From Squalus acanthias (taxonomy: Eukaryota), in NCBI GenBank assembly GCA_030390025.1, contig CM059432.1, positions 45,820,001 through 45,884,000 on the forward strand: DNA of 64,000 nt, written 5' to 3'. The translations under genes and the position numbers were made by a program. Below the pieces are notes generated by a model that did not search any database, was not told the DNA's origin, and worked only from the letters and a program-made list of their open reading frames with translations. Position 1 is the stretch's first letter. Every line of letters starts with the position of its first letter. This document shows, in pieces, positions 49,703 through 63,524 of the stretch.

Positions 49703-51408
49703 AAGCCGGAATTTTGCCAGCGCTCCACAGACGGGATGGGTGGCGGATCAGCTGTTAAATTTAAAATGATTGACAGTGGGTTGGGAACCCACTGTCAAAA
49801 TGTGCACACTGGACTTTCCCGATGTCGGGTCTGCCATCACTGAGCAGACCTGACAGGCAGTGGCGGGGGAGGCAATTAAAATCAATTAAAATCAATTAGT
49901 GGCTTGTTTACAGCCACTTATCAATGGTTTTGTCCCAGCTTTTTGGAGTTGACAGGTCGCCCACCGGTTTCCCACTGTGCCTAGATCTCGTCTGTGAAGC
50001 TGAGGCAGGAGGTCAGTGAATCAGCTGATAAGTTGACAGCTTCAAATGTCAAGTCAAAGCTCCCAGCTGATTGAGATATGGTCCCTTAACCACTAGCTTA
50101 TCTAAACTACATTTTCACTACAGATTCAGGATGCTGCAAGTCTTTACACAAGTCTCCATCCAATCTGACATCATTACCTCTGCCACCATTGACAGAGCGC
50201 TTCTGTCATCTCTACTTCACCTGCCATCTATTACATCAGCATCAGTGGCCTTGAAACTCTCTCACCTTGGTCATCAGAATCCCACCACAATCAGCCCCAA
50301 CACCAGCATCGCCAGACACACCAGCGGCACCAACAACAACACCAACCTTCTCCCCAATCACCTGATGCTGTGCAGGACAGAGGGCATCAGCACCTGACCA
50401 CATTTACTTCACTTGATGCTGAACACCCTGGCTGCCAAATGATGCGCCAGGTTGGCACCACCCCACACCAACACCATAAAGCATCCCTACAAAGCCAAAG
50501 CCATTCCTTTCACACTCATCAGCATTGCGGGAGGTACCGTTATGTCTCACCGTTCATTGCAACTCACTAGGCCACTTCCAAAGGTGCACACAAATCTGTC
50601 CAAGAACACAGTGATGAAAATAAAGATTTCAATGTTTGACACCACATTAACAGAAACTTTACATGAACATTGGCTAACGCACCCAAGTGCCTACCCTTGT
50701 GTGTTGTTAGTTAGTATGATTGCGCTAGGATGAGGGTGAGTGTGAGGGGTGGCTAGTGAGATGGGGATGTGATAATGTAGATAGAGAAGTATGGGCAGAG
50801 GTGCAAGGTAAGTTGGTGTGAATAAGGATGTGCAGGGGTAGGGTAGGGAAGGCAGAGTGATGGGGATGTGATGAGAGGCACAGCAGGTTGAGGCTTTGCA
50901 GTAACGTTTTGTGATCTACTGAGATCATTGAAAGGTTTGCGCCACTGCACCCAGGTCCTCCTGACAACATCACTACTTGTGCCCTCCTGTGCAATGTGCA
51001 ACCAGGCTCCGTTGGCGTCCTGGGGAGGTCTCTTCCACTCATGGGAAACGAAGAGGATCTCCCTGTGTGCTGTAACTCCCTCCATAAGCATATGGAGGGA
51101 GTCATGGGAGGACCTGGGTGCAGCCGTGCACCTCTGTGCAGTGATTGTCAGTGTCTGCAGCACCGCAATGCTGTAGAACACTGACAGCACAACTGTCAAA
51201 ATAAATTTGGGCGTGGTCGCCTTAAGGAAACCGGCTGATGACACGTCATAAATGACATCATCAGACCTGCTTCCTTCAATTGGCCAGGAAACTCGCTGGG
51301 CGGGCTTAACAAGCCCTATCATCGGAAAGTCATTTCGGAGGCCGGGATGGAGCCAGCTGTGGGGCCGAGACCCGCCACGGACCCGCCGAGGTAGGAGAAA
51401 TCGTGGCC
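49703..51408. mobile_element. Internally deleted Harbinger with Myb exon 1 remnant (minus, ~50900-51150)
   Basis: APRSSHDSLHMLMEGV..WLHIAQE..RRTWVQWRKPFNDL; ends gccggaatttt / aaatcgtggcc. Confidence 0.7.
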
Positions 51409-51890
51409 GAAGAGAGCACAGAGCAGCAGCAGAATCGGCAGAGCATGGAGAACAATGAACACCGAGGGGATTTGAGAAATTGATGTCACATTTGTGAAAG
51501 TAACATCACAGTAAACACGGAGGAGGAGCTCTGAGTGTCCCGGAATAAAAGGTTAAGTAGATTAAGAATTGGTTAAAAATAATCAGGTTAATTAATTACT
51601 AATTCCAAATCACATTATATCTATTTACTAATAGTTAAATAATAAATATATAAATAAATAATCAGAGTAATTAATTAGATCTAAGGGGATAAAATAAACT
51701 AAGTAGGGGATACTAACACTAAAGGGATCCAAAATTGTGTTAAATAATAATCTGGTATAATAAATATTAAATAAAGAAATATTCCTGCTTCATGTCGGAA
51801 CTCCAGGACACTTCAGCCTCCAACTGCTCAAGCTCAAGCTCATTTCTGAGCTTGTGATGCAGCTGGAATCACTGCAGGGCATACGGGAGG

Positions 51891-52818
51891 TGTAAGGGGT
51901 TTTCTCCGATACTGGTCCCCCATTTCACACAGTTCTTGGATGTCAGCATTTATAAGAACAAAATACACATGGCACAGAGTTTTGGCTCAACCTTTGATTT
52001 GTTTGTTTATTGAACACACACACACAATTACTTCCCCAGTATAAATCTCTACGATTTATATTAGACTAACAACCCCAAAATACCAACCCCTACGCAAGGG
52101 TCATTTGCATCGACACAATATGACAGAGTTAAACCCGTCCGCGATTTGACTGTTACATATAAAGTTACCCAGACTCAATCACAAAACCCTTATTGTGATC
52201 TGACTGAAACTTACAAACTTGCTCAGACTCAATCACAAAAGCCTCCTCTATGATTTGACTGAAACATACAATCACCACTCCCGATCGGCTGTCTCTTGGT
52301 GTTGATTGTAGGCCTGAATCTTTCTGTTCGCTGTTCTGCTGTCATCTTCCCACACCACTGTCTTCGAAGTGATCTTACTTTAAACCAAAACCAACATGCA
52401 GTATCTTGACACACATTTCCTGGCCCCCTCCTGAGCATACGATGGCCGTTTCAAATGTGTGAATTAGATACCTTTCTGACAATGCAACCTTCCCAAAGTG
52501 ACTGCATATGCAAAGTTGTTGGTTTCTGTTAGCATTCGTATTCAAAAAGTTCAAGGCCCGGCCCATTGTCTAGGCCTGCACTGATATTGTTTATTCGGGG
52601 GCCATGGTCTAAGGTGAACAATGTAACCTCTTAAGGTACATGAATATGCGAATGTTCTTGTTCAGAGTTTAGATTGTCTGTGATCCAGTCGTAGTTTCGG
52701 CTGCAATGTTTGAATTAACCCTTTATTGCCGAGCCCTTTTTGTGGGCTCTGCAGTTCTGGGTTTTTATATTTCATAGTCCAATATTTTTACCGTTCGGGG
52801 GCAGGAATCGATCCTACA
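51891..52818 (-). mobile_element. Solo LTR, 928 bp, 4-bp TSD GAGG
   Basis: TGTAAGG...CCTACA; GAGG at 51887-51890 and 52819-52822; interrupts CR1 ORF1 (GIRE|AENFLDRTFQEVV); AATAAA on minus at 52006-52011; internal cagactcaatcacaaaa repeats. Confidence 0.88.
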
Positions 52819-53470
52819 GAGGCTGAAAATTTCCTGGATCGTACATTCCAGGAGGTGGTCACCCCACAGCCACAGAAAGCTCAGGACAGTAAGTGGGTGG
52901 CCATCCAGCAGTAGGAAGAGGTAGGCAGTGCAGGAATCCTCTGGGCGTGCGTCGCTCACTAACCGTTTTTCAGTATTGAATACTGGTGAGGGTGACAACA
53001 CCTCGAAGGAGTGCGGTCTAGAGCATGGCACCATGGGACAAAGGACTGCACAGAGGGGTGCAGCAAAGTGTAGGAATGCAGTGGTTATAGGGGATTCAAT
53101 AGTCAGGGGAGCAGACAGGCGTTTCTGCAATCAACAATGTGAGTCCTGCATGTTGGTGCCAGGTAAAATGACATCACTGAGAGGGTGCTGAACACTTTGA
53201 AGGGGAAAGGGGAACAACCAGAAGTCATGGTCCATGTAGGGACCAATGACATAGGAAGGAAATGGGTTGAAGTCCTGCAGTCAGAGTTTCAAGAACTAGG
53301 GAGGAAGTTAAAAAGCAAGACCTCAAAGGTAGTAATCTATGGATTACTCCCAGTGCCATGTGCTAGTGAGTACAGGAATAGTAGGATAAAACAGGTTAAC
53401 GCATAGCTGGAGAAATGGTGCTGGAGGGTGGGCTTCAGATTTCTGGGGCACCCATGTTCTGGGTTGCACC

Positions 53471-53614
53471 CATGTTCCCTCGAAAAAAAATTTCATGCAT
53501 GGTCCCTTTAAATTCACGTGGCTGAGCATGCACAGTATCTCTTCCAGCAGCAGGAGCTGGTGAGCGGCCTGCGTGGGACCTTGCAATTGGCCGCACACCT
53601 TAGGGGGAACATTG
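53471..53614. mobile_element. hAT MITE, 144 bp, 8-bp TSD GTTGCACC
   Basis: TIR catgttccct / ggggaacattg; TSD at 53463-53470 and 53615-53622. Confidence 0.8.
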
Positions 53615-54129
53615 GTTGCACCTCAACAGAGCTGAGACCAATGTCCTCACGGGAAGGTTGACTAGTGCTGTGGGGGAATAGTTAAAACTAATTTGGCAGG
53701 AGGATGGGCATCAGGATGAAACATTTGAGAAGAAAAGTAAGGTGCACAGAGAATTGGGAGAGACAAATAGCATTAGAGTAAAAAATAGTTCTGAAATAGA
53801 AGGAATCAGACATGGAGAGTATGTGCATAAATGTAGGTAGCGTGGCAAATAAGGTTGGTCAGCTTCAGGCACAAGTCACCGCATGGAACTATGATATAGT
53901 GGCAATAACACCAGGCTCAAAGAAGGGGAGGATTGGGAACTTAACATTCTTGGCTACACAGTATTCAGGAAAGATAGGGAAGGAAAAAAAAGGAGGGGGT
54001 GGCAGTATTGTAAACTATTATAGCACTTGGAAATGGATGATGTAATTGAGGGATCAAAGTCAGAATCTATTTGGTTAGAATTAAAGAACAATAGAGGAGC
54101 TATTATGCTACTGGGTGTATACTATAGGC

Positions 54130-55390
54130 CAGTGGCTCCCAAACTGAGGTCTGCGGACCCCTGGGGGTCAGTGGAGACTTTCCAGGGAGTCCGCGAAAAA
54201 GCCCAATTGGTGATGGAGAGCGAGCCGATGTCAAGGGGCCGGGCACTGCTGACCATGGCGATGAATGGTTACCATGGCGGCGGCTGCAGCGGCTTTGTGC
54301 TGAAGGAAGAAGAGGACAAGTGCAGAAGACGGCTGGGAGTCCCACAGCCATGCCATTGATTGATCGCCAAGAAAAGCTAGACATCAATATTGACAAATGG
54401 CTGCTGATCCAAAGTGATGTATAACCCAACAAACGTGCAGCTTGTTGCCATGTATTTGAGAAGGAGTAGATTGAATGTGCGTGTGGAACTGGGACAACCA
54501 GAGCCAAGAAGGAGTGTAAACTGGAGCTGAATGATTTCTATGAATGTATGCACCGGCAGAAATTGCAAAAGAGGCTGTATGAAATCAGAGTACAAAAGAA
54601 AAAGATAATAAAGGAAGGCAAGTACACTCCTCAGACCACACCATGCTGGCTATGAGGAGTCACATCCACAGGTGCTGCCCTCCGCTTCATCACACTGGCA
54701 GGAGCAAACATCAGAGGATCCTCCCAACAGTTCCAACTAAAGACTAGAACATTACAGTTGGTCTGTGCTTAAGATTATCGTGGAACACTACATGCCATGT
54801 GTATCCAGTTTAGCTGGGCAATTTACCATCAAAGAGAATTTAATCTAATTACTTATGAAAAAAAAGAGAAGGAGGGAGGGAATAAGACTGTGGGCCAGCA
54901 GGGGCTGCAATGCCGCCACCAGCAACAGGAGTAGGAGGCGGAAAAATGCAGGGGCAGCTGTTCGGAGAGGAACCGACCGTCTGTAAACAAAGATCCCATC
55001 CCGACTACCAGCCGGCTGCAGCAGCGCCAGAATATGGCCAAAAGGAACAGGCCCCGTAAGTCGGACATACATTCGATCTGTCTATCCAGGGTCAGGGGCT
55101 GGCCAAGGAGCAAATCTGTCATAATAATCCGGACAGTACTGGAATACACTGATTAACCAATGCATTTGTAATTTAAAAAAATCAATGCTTTAAAATGACT
55201 ATCATTTTATAGATACATGCTTGAGGGATTCCTGTTTTGTAAATGTCACCATAGCTATATTGAAATTCATTGTCAGAAGATCCTGGTAGAGTACCAATAC
55301 AAGGGGGCAATAATAATTTAGATTGGGGGTCCGTGATTACTAATCCATTTGAAAAAGGGTTCTTCAACCAAAAACGTTTGAGAACCACTG
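54130..55390. mobile_element. Non-autonomous hAT (Charlie-like) element, 1261 bp
   Basis: TIR CAGTGGCTCCCAAAC / GTTTGAGAACCACTG; 8-bp TSD CTATAGGC / CTATAAGC; CR1 EN (GVYYRP) resumes after it. Confidence 0.9.
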
Positions 55391-57274
55391 CTATAAGCCA
55401 CCAAAGATTGGAAAGGAGATAGAGGAGCAAATTTGCAGGCAAATTACAGAAAGATGCAAGATCTATAGAGTAGTGATAATGGGGGACTTAAATTATCCTA
55501 ATGTAGACTGGGATAGTAACAGTGTAAAGGGCAAAGAGAGGGAGGAATTCTTGAAATGTGTACAAGAGTACTTTCTTGATCAGTGTGTTTCCAGCCTGAT
55601 GAGGAAGGAGCAGTACTGGATCTAGTTCTGGGGAATGATTGGGGCAAGTGGAGCATATTTCAGTGGGGGAGCATTTGGGGAACAGTGATCATAATATCAT
55701 CAGGTTTAGATTAGTTACGGAAAAGGGCAAGAAACAATCAAATGTAAAAATACTTAATGGGAGGAGGGCTAACTTCAGCGAATTATAAAAGGATCTGGCC
55801 CAGGTAGATTGGAATCAAAAATTGGTCGGCAAAACAATAATTGAACAATGGGAGTCCTTCAAAGAGGCGATAGTTCGGGTACAGAGTAGACACATTCCCA
55901 TGACAGGTAAAGGAAGGGCATCCAAAGCTAGGGCTCCCTGGTTGACTAAAGATATAGGGATTAAAATGAAACAGAATAAGGAGGCTTATGGCAAATGTCA
56001 GGCTGATAATATAGTAGAGAACCAAGCTGAATATAGAATGTACAGAGGAGATCTAAAACAGGGAATAAGAGGGGAAAAGAGAGAACATGAGAATAGATTA
56101 GCTGCTAACTTAAAAGGGAACCCAAAAGTATTTTATAAACATATAAATAGTAAAAGAGTAGTTAAAGGAAGGATGGGGTCTATTTGGGACCAAAAAGGAA
56201 ATCTTCTTGTGAAGGCAGAGGCATGGCTGAGGTACTAAGTGAGTACTTTACATTTGTCTTTCACTAGAGAAGAGGATGCTGCCAATGTAGCAGGAAAGGG
56301 GGAGGTAGTAGTGATATAGTAGGGATAAAATTAGATAAAGAGGAGGTGCTTAAAGATTGGCAGTACTCAAAGTAGAAAAGTCGCCCGCTCCGGATGGGAT
56401 CGATCTTAGGTTACGGTTTAAAAAAGGGGAGAGAGATAAACCCAGCAATTACAGGCCAGTCAGCCTACCGTAGGTGGGTGGGGAGGTGTGGGAGGGTGCG
56501 GGGGTGGGGGAGGGGGCGGTGGAGGGGACTTTTACAAACAATAATGTGGAACAAAATTAATTGGCATTTGAAAAAGTATGGGCTAATAAATGAAAGTCAG
56601 CATGGATTTGTTAAAGGCAAATCGCATTTGAACAACTTGATTGAGTTGTTTGATGAAGTAACGGAAAGGGTTGATGAGGGTAGTGCAGTTCATGTTGTGC
56701 AAATGGATTTTCAAAAGGCGTTTGATAAAGTACCACATAATAGACTTGTTAGCAAAATTGAAGCCAATGGGATTAAAGGGACAGTGGCTCTGTGTTTACG
56801 TAATTGGCTAAGGAACAGAAAGCAGAGAGTAATGGTGAGCGGTGGTTTTTAAGGCTGAAGGGAAGAGTACAGTGGTGTTCCCCAGGGATCGGTACTGAGA
56901 CCACTGCTCATTTTGATATATATTAATGGCATAAACTTTGGTATACAGGGCATAATTTCAAAGTTTGCAGATGACACGAAACTCAGAAATGTAGGAAACG
57001 GTGAGGAGGAGAGTAACAGACTTCAAGAGGACATAGCCTGGTGAAATGGGTAGACACATGGCAGATGAACTTTAACCCAGAGAAGAGTGAAGTGATACAT
57101 TTTGGTAGGAAAAATGAGGAGAGGCAATATAAACTAAATGTTACAATTTCAAAGGAGGTGTAGGAACAAATAGACCTAGGGGTGTAGATATACAAATGTT
57201 TGAAGGTGGCGGGACAAGTTGAGAAAGCTGTTAAAAAAGCATATGGGATCCTTGGCTTTATTAATAGAGGCATA

Positions 57275-57949
57275 GGGCTGGATTTTCATTGACCCGTGGA
57301 GGTGGGTTTGGAGGCGTGTGGGGGGTTAAAATTGCGAAAACATTGGCGGGCGGGCACAAGCCCGCCTCCATCCCGCCTCCACGCAATTTTCATTAAATCG
57401 TGTCTGCTGGTCCCAACTCTGTCCCGCCTCTAAGAGGCGGGATAGGCTGTTAAGGCCCTTAACAAGCACTAAATTGCCTCTATAATGCCATTTTGAAAGG
57501 CCTTTGTGATTTTAACCCTTTTTCTACGTGAAGCACGCCTGTTCTGAACCACGAATGTGAAACCTGGTGGGAGCACATCTGGCTGGCTGGCTGGCCAGCT
57601 GGCCGGCCGGCCTGGGAGTGGTGGTGAATGGGAGACATATCTGGGAGTGGTGGTGCAAAAATATCTGGGAGCAGACTTAGGGCTGCTGCTGCTCATTTTG
57701 CATCCAGGTCCTCTCACAGTAAAGGCCAGGCAGTCTTTGCAGACCTTCAATGCAGCAGCAATGATGACATCATCAGAGGCGACTTTCAGACTAAAAACAC
57801 TAATTGGTTCATGGGTTCCCACATGCTGGAACTCAATTGCCCAATTAGGTGAAAATCGCATCAATCTCCCACATCCAATTGCAGTCGGGTGGATAACACG
57901 AAAAGTGGATGACACGACCCCAACCCGCCCCAGTATCAAAATCCAGCCC
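57275..57949. mobile_element. Non-autonomous deletion derivative of the 13830-18076 Harbinger family
   Basis: Perfect TIR GGGCTGGATTTT / AAAATCCAGCCC; TSD ATA/ACA; both halves similar to the ends of the long copy, including the Myb start MSSSSPKSAPR. Confidence 0.92.
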
Positions 57950-58479
57950 ACAGAGTACAAAAGCAAGGAAGCTATGCTAACTCTTTATAAAACACTGGTT
58001 AGGCCTCAGCTGGAGTACTTGCTCAGGATTACAGCATTCCTGCTCCCACCTCTGACACTCCATCAATGTCCTTGCTGTTGCCTGACAGCCAGCCAGGCCA
58101 GACTGTTGCAGCCCAGGCTGAGATGGTGCAGTCTGAAGCCGGGCCTTCTAGGCCCAGAGCTGCTTAAGGTTGCCCACCAAGGCCGTCTGCAGTCTCCGCA
58201 ATATAAGGTTAGCAGCCTTCCACCACCCATGCTGCATCCACTGAGGAAGCACCGCATAGGAGCACTAGCATAGGCAAAGGCACATGAAAAGCAGGCACTA
58301 AGGGAACATACAAGGGTGATTAATTTAATTTTGTATGCATTATGTAATGAGAGAACTTATAAAATTGGATTGGAATGTGCATTTTCTGGTGGTTTTTACT
58401 TTTGTGTTGTCGGAAAGATGACAATGTGATGGTCAGTGATAGAGGAACGGTAAGGAGTGTGGGATTGTTGATCATGAAT

Positions 58480-59298
58480 TATTTAATCATGTAGAGCCCG
58501 GGCAGAAAGGGGCTGTCTGCATTGTAGCCTCCCTTCCACATCCTATTCCTCCACTTTCAGTTGCACTTCCTCCTCCTCTACTTCCTCCACTTCCTCCTCC
58601 TCCTCCTCCTCATGCTCCTCCTCTTCCGCATGCTCCTGCTCCTCAGCTTCTCGCCCGATCGGTGGTGGCAAGGGCTGTTCCCTCATAACGACAAGGTTGT
58701 GCAGCATGCAGCAGACCACCACAAATCTTGATACCCACTCAGCTGAGTACTGCAGGGCTCCTCCGAACAGTCCAAGCAACGGAAGCATTGCTTGAGGACC
58801 CTGATGGTGCGCTCTGTAATCTTCCTTGTGGCAGCATGGCTCTTATTGCAGGCCTGCTGTGCACGTGTGCGCGGGTTCTGGACCGGAGTCATGAGCTATG
58901 CCTTGAGTGATAACCCTTGTTGCCCAGTAGCCAGCCTTTGACTAGCCATAGTGGGTCAAATACAGGTGGCACAGAGGACTGCCGCAGAATGAAGGAATCG
59001 TGACTGCTGCCCGGATAGCGGGCATTCAACTGCATAATGCGCTGTAAAGGCACATGCAAGGCAATGTGTGTGCAGTCAATGGCACCGTGAACCATGGAGA
59101 AACCTGCAATCCATGAAAACCTTGTGCTCGCTCCGCCTGCTTGTCTTTGAAAATTGGAAATGAAATGAAGCTGTCTATCTGTGTATAGAGAACCTCAGTG
59201 ATGTCCCTTATGCTGCAGTGTACTGCAAACTGCGAGATGTTGCTTATATCTCCAGAAGCAGCCCGGAAAGAGCCAGATGCATTAAAGTTAAGAGCCAT
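58480..59298 (-). pseudogene. Harbinger transposase fragment
   Basis: ALNFNASGSF, GAIDCTH, RYPGSSHDSFIL, WLLGNKGY. Confidence 0.85.
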
Positions 59299-59300
59299 AT

Positions 59301-60200
59301 GGGCCTAGAAATTGGATAAAGCCCAAAATCGGGCACGGGGATCGCGATGCACTATCAACGCACGCCCATTTGCAGGACTGTAGGCAACACGCAAACTTCG
59401 TGCTGTCTGCTAATTTACATGATTGTAGCATTCAGCCCAGCACTAATTGCGCCGCTGAGTGGCTGAACGCTCAGCAAAGGGCCGAAGTTCGTGCAAGGCT
59501 AGCTCCATGTAAAGCTAGGCTCCACTTCTTAAAGGCAGTCTGCACCTCTTAAAGGGGAGGTTCATTCTGCCTGCAACTGCTGCTGGAACTCGTTGTGAAG
59601 GCAAGGTTCAGAACGAAGACTACTGAAATATGATTAAACAGGCCAGAGAAAGAGCTCTAAGGTTCTCAGATGGAGCACTGGAGGCCTTGGTTCAGGAGGT
59701 CAACCCCAGGAGAGAGATCCTCTTTCCACAGGGGGCCAGGAGGCCCTCCAGCCAACAGACCAGACTGCAGTAGGAGCAGATAGCCACTATGGTAAATGCC
59801 AGCAGTTTAACCCCAAGGACCTTAACTCAGTGCAGGAAGAAGTTTAATGACCTCACACGAGTGGTCAAGGTCAGTGAATTCATCTTCAAATGCCATATCA
59901 TCCATCTGCACCACTAGCCTCACACAATGCAACACGCCCCCATCACTCACCTACCAACAATCTCTACCAAACACGACTCACACCTCACATTCATAGATTC
60001 ACCTCACTCGGACACACTTACCACCGCTGCAAGCCTCACACCCACATCTCACAACTTGCACTCACTGCCAGCTATTCAACCATGACAGCCACAACACCCA
60101 AACACATTACACCACACTCACTGACACACTCTTGCAGGAAAAGGTGGTGTATAACCGACGCCAGCAGATCTTAACTGGTGGGGGACAGGCTCGCCTTCAT
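59301..60200 (+). mobile_element. Harbinger left end with Myb exon 1, intron and start of exon 2
   Basis: TIR gggcctagaaatt; RFSDGALEALVQEV..QCRKKFNDL; parallels 26528-28150. Confidence 0.8.
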
Positions 60201-60204
60201 GACG

Positions 60205-60910
60205 TGACTCCAGGATGTTATGTTGCCTCCCTGGTGCCAGGGTCAAGGATGTCACCGAACAGCTGCAAGACATTCTGAGGGGGGAGGGTGAACAGCCAGA
60301 GGTCGTGGTCCATATCGGTACCAATGACATACGTTGAAAGAGGGATGAGGTCCTGCAGGCTGATTTTAGGGAGCTAGGAAAGAGATTAATAAGCAGGACC
60401 TCAAAGGTTGTAATCTCTGGATTACTATTGGTGCCATGCACTAGTGAGTACAGATATAAAAGGATAGAGCAGATGAATGCATGGCTGGAGAGATGGTGCA
60501 GGAGGGAGGGTTTTAGATTCCTGAGGAATTGGGTCTGGTTCTGGGGAGATGGGACCTGTACAAGCTGGACGGGTTGCACCTCAATAGGGCCGGGACCAAT
60601 ATCCTCGTGGCAGGGTTTGCTAATCATGTTGGGGAGGGTTTAAAATGGTTGACAGGGGGATGGGAACCTGAGCGTGGATTCAGAGTGGAGAGAAGCAAAG
60701 CTGGAAATGGAAGGCAGAAAATTAGTAAGTGAGTTTGGAAGGCAGAGGAAACAAAGGCTAGAAAATAGACAACAAAGGGGTTTGGCAGTGCTTAATGGTA
60801 TATATTTCAATGCAAGAAGTCTAATGAATAAGGCAGATGAGCTGAGGGTACAGATAGACACGTGGAAGTGTGATATCATAGCTATTACTTAACCATGGCT
60901 AAAAGAAGGG
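60205..60910 (+). mobile_element. CR1 ORF1/ORF2 junction fragment
   Basis: CCLPGA, VHIGTND, DGLHLN, YFNARSL. Confidence 0.85.
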
Positions 60911-60914
60911 CTGA

Positions 60915-63180
60915 AAAATAAATCTGGAATAAAAAGCTAGCATCAGTAATGGTGACCATGAAACTACCAGATTGTCGTAAAAACCCATCTGGTTCACTAA
61001 TGTCCTTTAGGGAAGGAACTGTGCCATCCAAGTCTGGCCTATATGTGACTCCAGACCCACAGCAATGTGATTGACTCTTAACTGCCCTCTGAAAGAGCAT
61101 AGCAAGCCAAGCAGTTGTACCAAATAACTACGGAAAACAATAATAAGTATAAAACCGGACAGACTACCCAGCATCGAACTAGGCACCGGCTTTGGACATG
61201 ACGAAGGCACACCCTGCCCAGCCAACCCTGCAAAGTCCTCCTCACTAACATCTGACTAAAATTGGGAGAGCTGTCGCACAGACTAGTCAAGCAACATCCT
61301 GACATAGTCATACTCACAGAATCATACATTTCAGCCAAAGGTCCCACCGGCAGGACAGACCCACCAGAGGTGACGGTTCAGTGGCATACAGTTGGGAGGG
61401 CGCGGCCCTGGGAGCCCTCAACATTGACTCTGGACTCCATGAAGTCTCATGGCTTCAGGTCAAGCATGGGCAAGGAAACCTCCTGCTGATTGCTACCTAC
61501 CACCTTATCTCAGCTGATGAATCAGTACTCCTCCATGTTGAACACCACTTGGAAGAAGCACTGAGAGTAGCAAGGTCACAGAATGTACTCTGGGTGGGGG
61601 ACTTCAATGTCCATCACCAAGAGTGGCTCGGTAGCACCACTACTGACCGAGCTGTCTGAGTCCTGAAGGACATAATTGCCAGACTGGGCCTGCAGCAGGT
61701 GGTGAGAGAACCAACATGAGGGAAAAACCTACTTGACCTTGTCCTCACCAATCTACCTGTCACAGATGCATCTGTCCATAACAGTATTGGTAGCAGGGAC
61801 CACCGCACAGTCCTTGTGGAGACAAAGACCCGTCTTCACACTGAGGACACCCTCCATTGTTTTGTGTGACACTACCACCGTGCTAAATGGGATAGATTCA
61901 GAACAGACCTAGCAGCTCAAAACTGGGCATCCATGAGGTGCTGTGGCCATCAGCAGCAGCAGAATTGTATTCCACCACAATCTGTAACCTCATGGCCCGG
62001 CATATCCCTCACTCTACCATTACTGCCAAGCCAGGGGACCAACCCTGGTTCAATAAGGAGTGTAGAAGAGCATGCCAGGAGCAGCACCAGGTGTACCTAT
62101 AAGTGAGGTGTCAACCTGGGGATGCTGCAACAAAGTACTACATGCATGCTAAAAAGCGGAAACAGCATGCTATAGACAGAGCTAAGCGAGTCGACAACCA
62201 ACGGCTCAGATCAAAGTTCTGCAATCCTGCCACATCCAGTCATGAATGGTGGTGGACCATTAAACAACTAACAGAAGGAGGAAGCTCCATGAACATCCCC
62301 ATCCTCAATGATGGTGGAGCCCAGCACGTGAGTGCAAAAGACAAGGCTGAAGCGTTTGCAACCATCTTCAGCCAGAAATGCCGAGTGGATGTTCCATCTT
62401 GGCCTCCTCCTGAGGTCCCCACCATCACAGAAGCCAGTCTTCATCCAATTTGATTCACTCCACGTGATATCACGAAACGGCTGAGCACACTGGATAGAGC
62501 AAAGGCTGTGAGCCCTGACAACATCCCGGCTGTCATGCTGAAAAATTGTGCTCCAGAACTAGCCGCGCCTCTAGCCAAGCTGTTCCAGTACAGCTACAAC
62601 ACTTGCATCTACCCGACAATGTGGAAAACTGCCCAGGTATGTCCTGTCCACAAAAAGCAGGACAAATCCAATCTGGCCAATTACCGCCCCATCAGTCTAC
62701 TTTCAATCATCAGCAAAGTGATGGAAGGTGTCATCGACAGTGCTATCAAGTGGCACTTACTCACCAATAACCTGCTCACCGATGCTCAGTTTGGGTTCCG
62801 CCAGGACCACTCAGCTCCAAAACTCATTACAGCTTTGGTCCAAACATGGACAAAAGATATGAATTCCAGAAGTGAAGTGAGAGTGACTGCCCTTGACATC
62901 AAGGCAGCATTTGACCGAGTGTGGCATCAAGGAGCCCTAGTAAAATTGAAGTCAATGGAAATCAGGGCAAAAACTCTCCACTGGAGTCATACCTAGCACA
63001 AAGGAAGTGGTTGTTGGAGGCCAATCATCACAGTCCCATGACATCGCTGCAGGAGTTCCTCAGGTCAGTGTCCTAGGCCCAACCATCTTCAGCTGCTTCA
63101 TTAATGACCTTCCCTCCATCAAAAGGTCAGAAGTGGGGATGTTCGCTGATAATTGCACAGTGTTCAGTTCCATTCGCAAT
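60915..63180 (+). mobile_element. LINE family B copy (SINE-like 5' region, EN, RT up to FADN)
   Basis: Collinear with the reverse complement of 18853-20812; NYRPISLLS, ALDIKAAFDRVWH, GVPQ. Confidence 0.9.
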
Positions 63181-63524
63181 AATAAATACTGTGAATAGTT
63201 GAGGCTCCAACACAAATCCTTGCGGGACACCACTAGTCACATCCTACCAGTTTGAGTACCCACCCATTATCCCTACTGCCTTTCTTCTGCCGTTCAGCCA
63301 ATTTCCTAACCAGGTCAATAATTTGCCCTCAATTCCGTGGTCTTCTACCTTAGTTAACAATTTTTTATGTGGGACTTTATCAAATGCCTTCTGGAAGTCC
63401 ATATAAATAATGTCCATAGACATTCCCCTGTTTACTACTTTAGTCACCTCCTCAAAAAGTTCAATCAGGTTTGTCAGGCATGATCTATCTTTCATAAATC
63501 CATGCTAGCTGTCTCTGATCAACT
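63181..63524 (-). mobile_element. CR1 RT fragment
   Basis: SCLTNLIELFEEVT, DFQKAFDKVPH. Confidence 0.8.

Larger units (their letters stand above)
51410..58018 (+). mobile_element. Old near-full-length CR1 (5' region, ORF1 esterase, ORF2) carrying four later insertions
   Basis: VIGDSIVRG, VHVGTNDIG, EN and RT remnants; sequence is collinear across each insertion. Confidence 0.8.

Noticed and set aside
57557..58273. 238-aa ORF
   Set aside because: Spans a Harbinger derivative, CR1 and another fragment; chimeric
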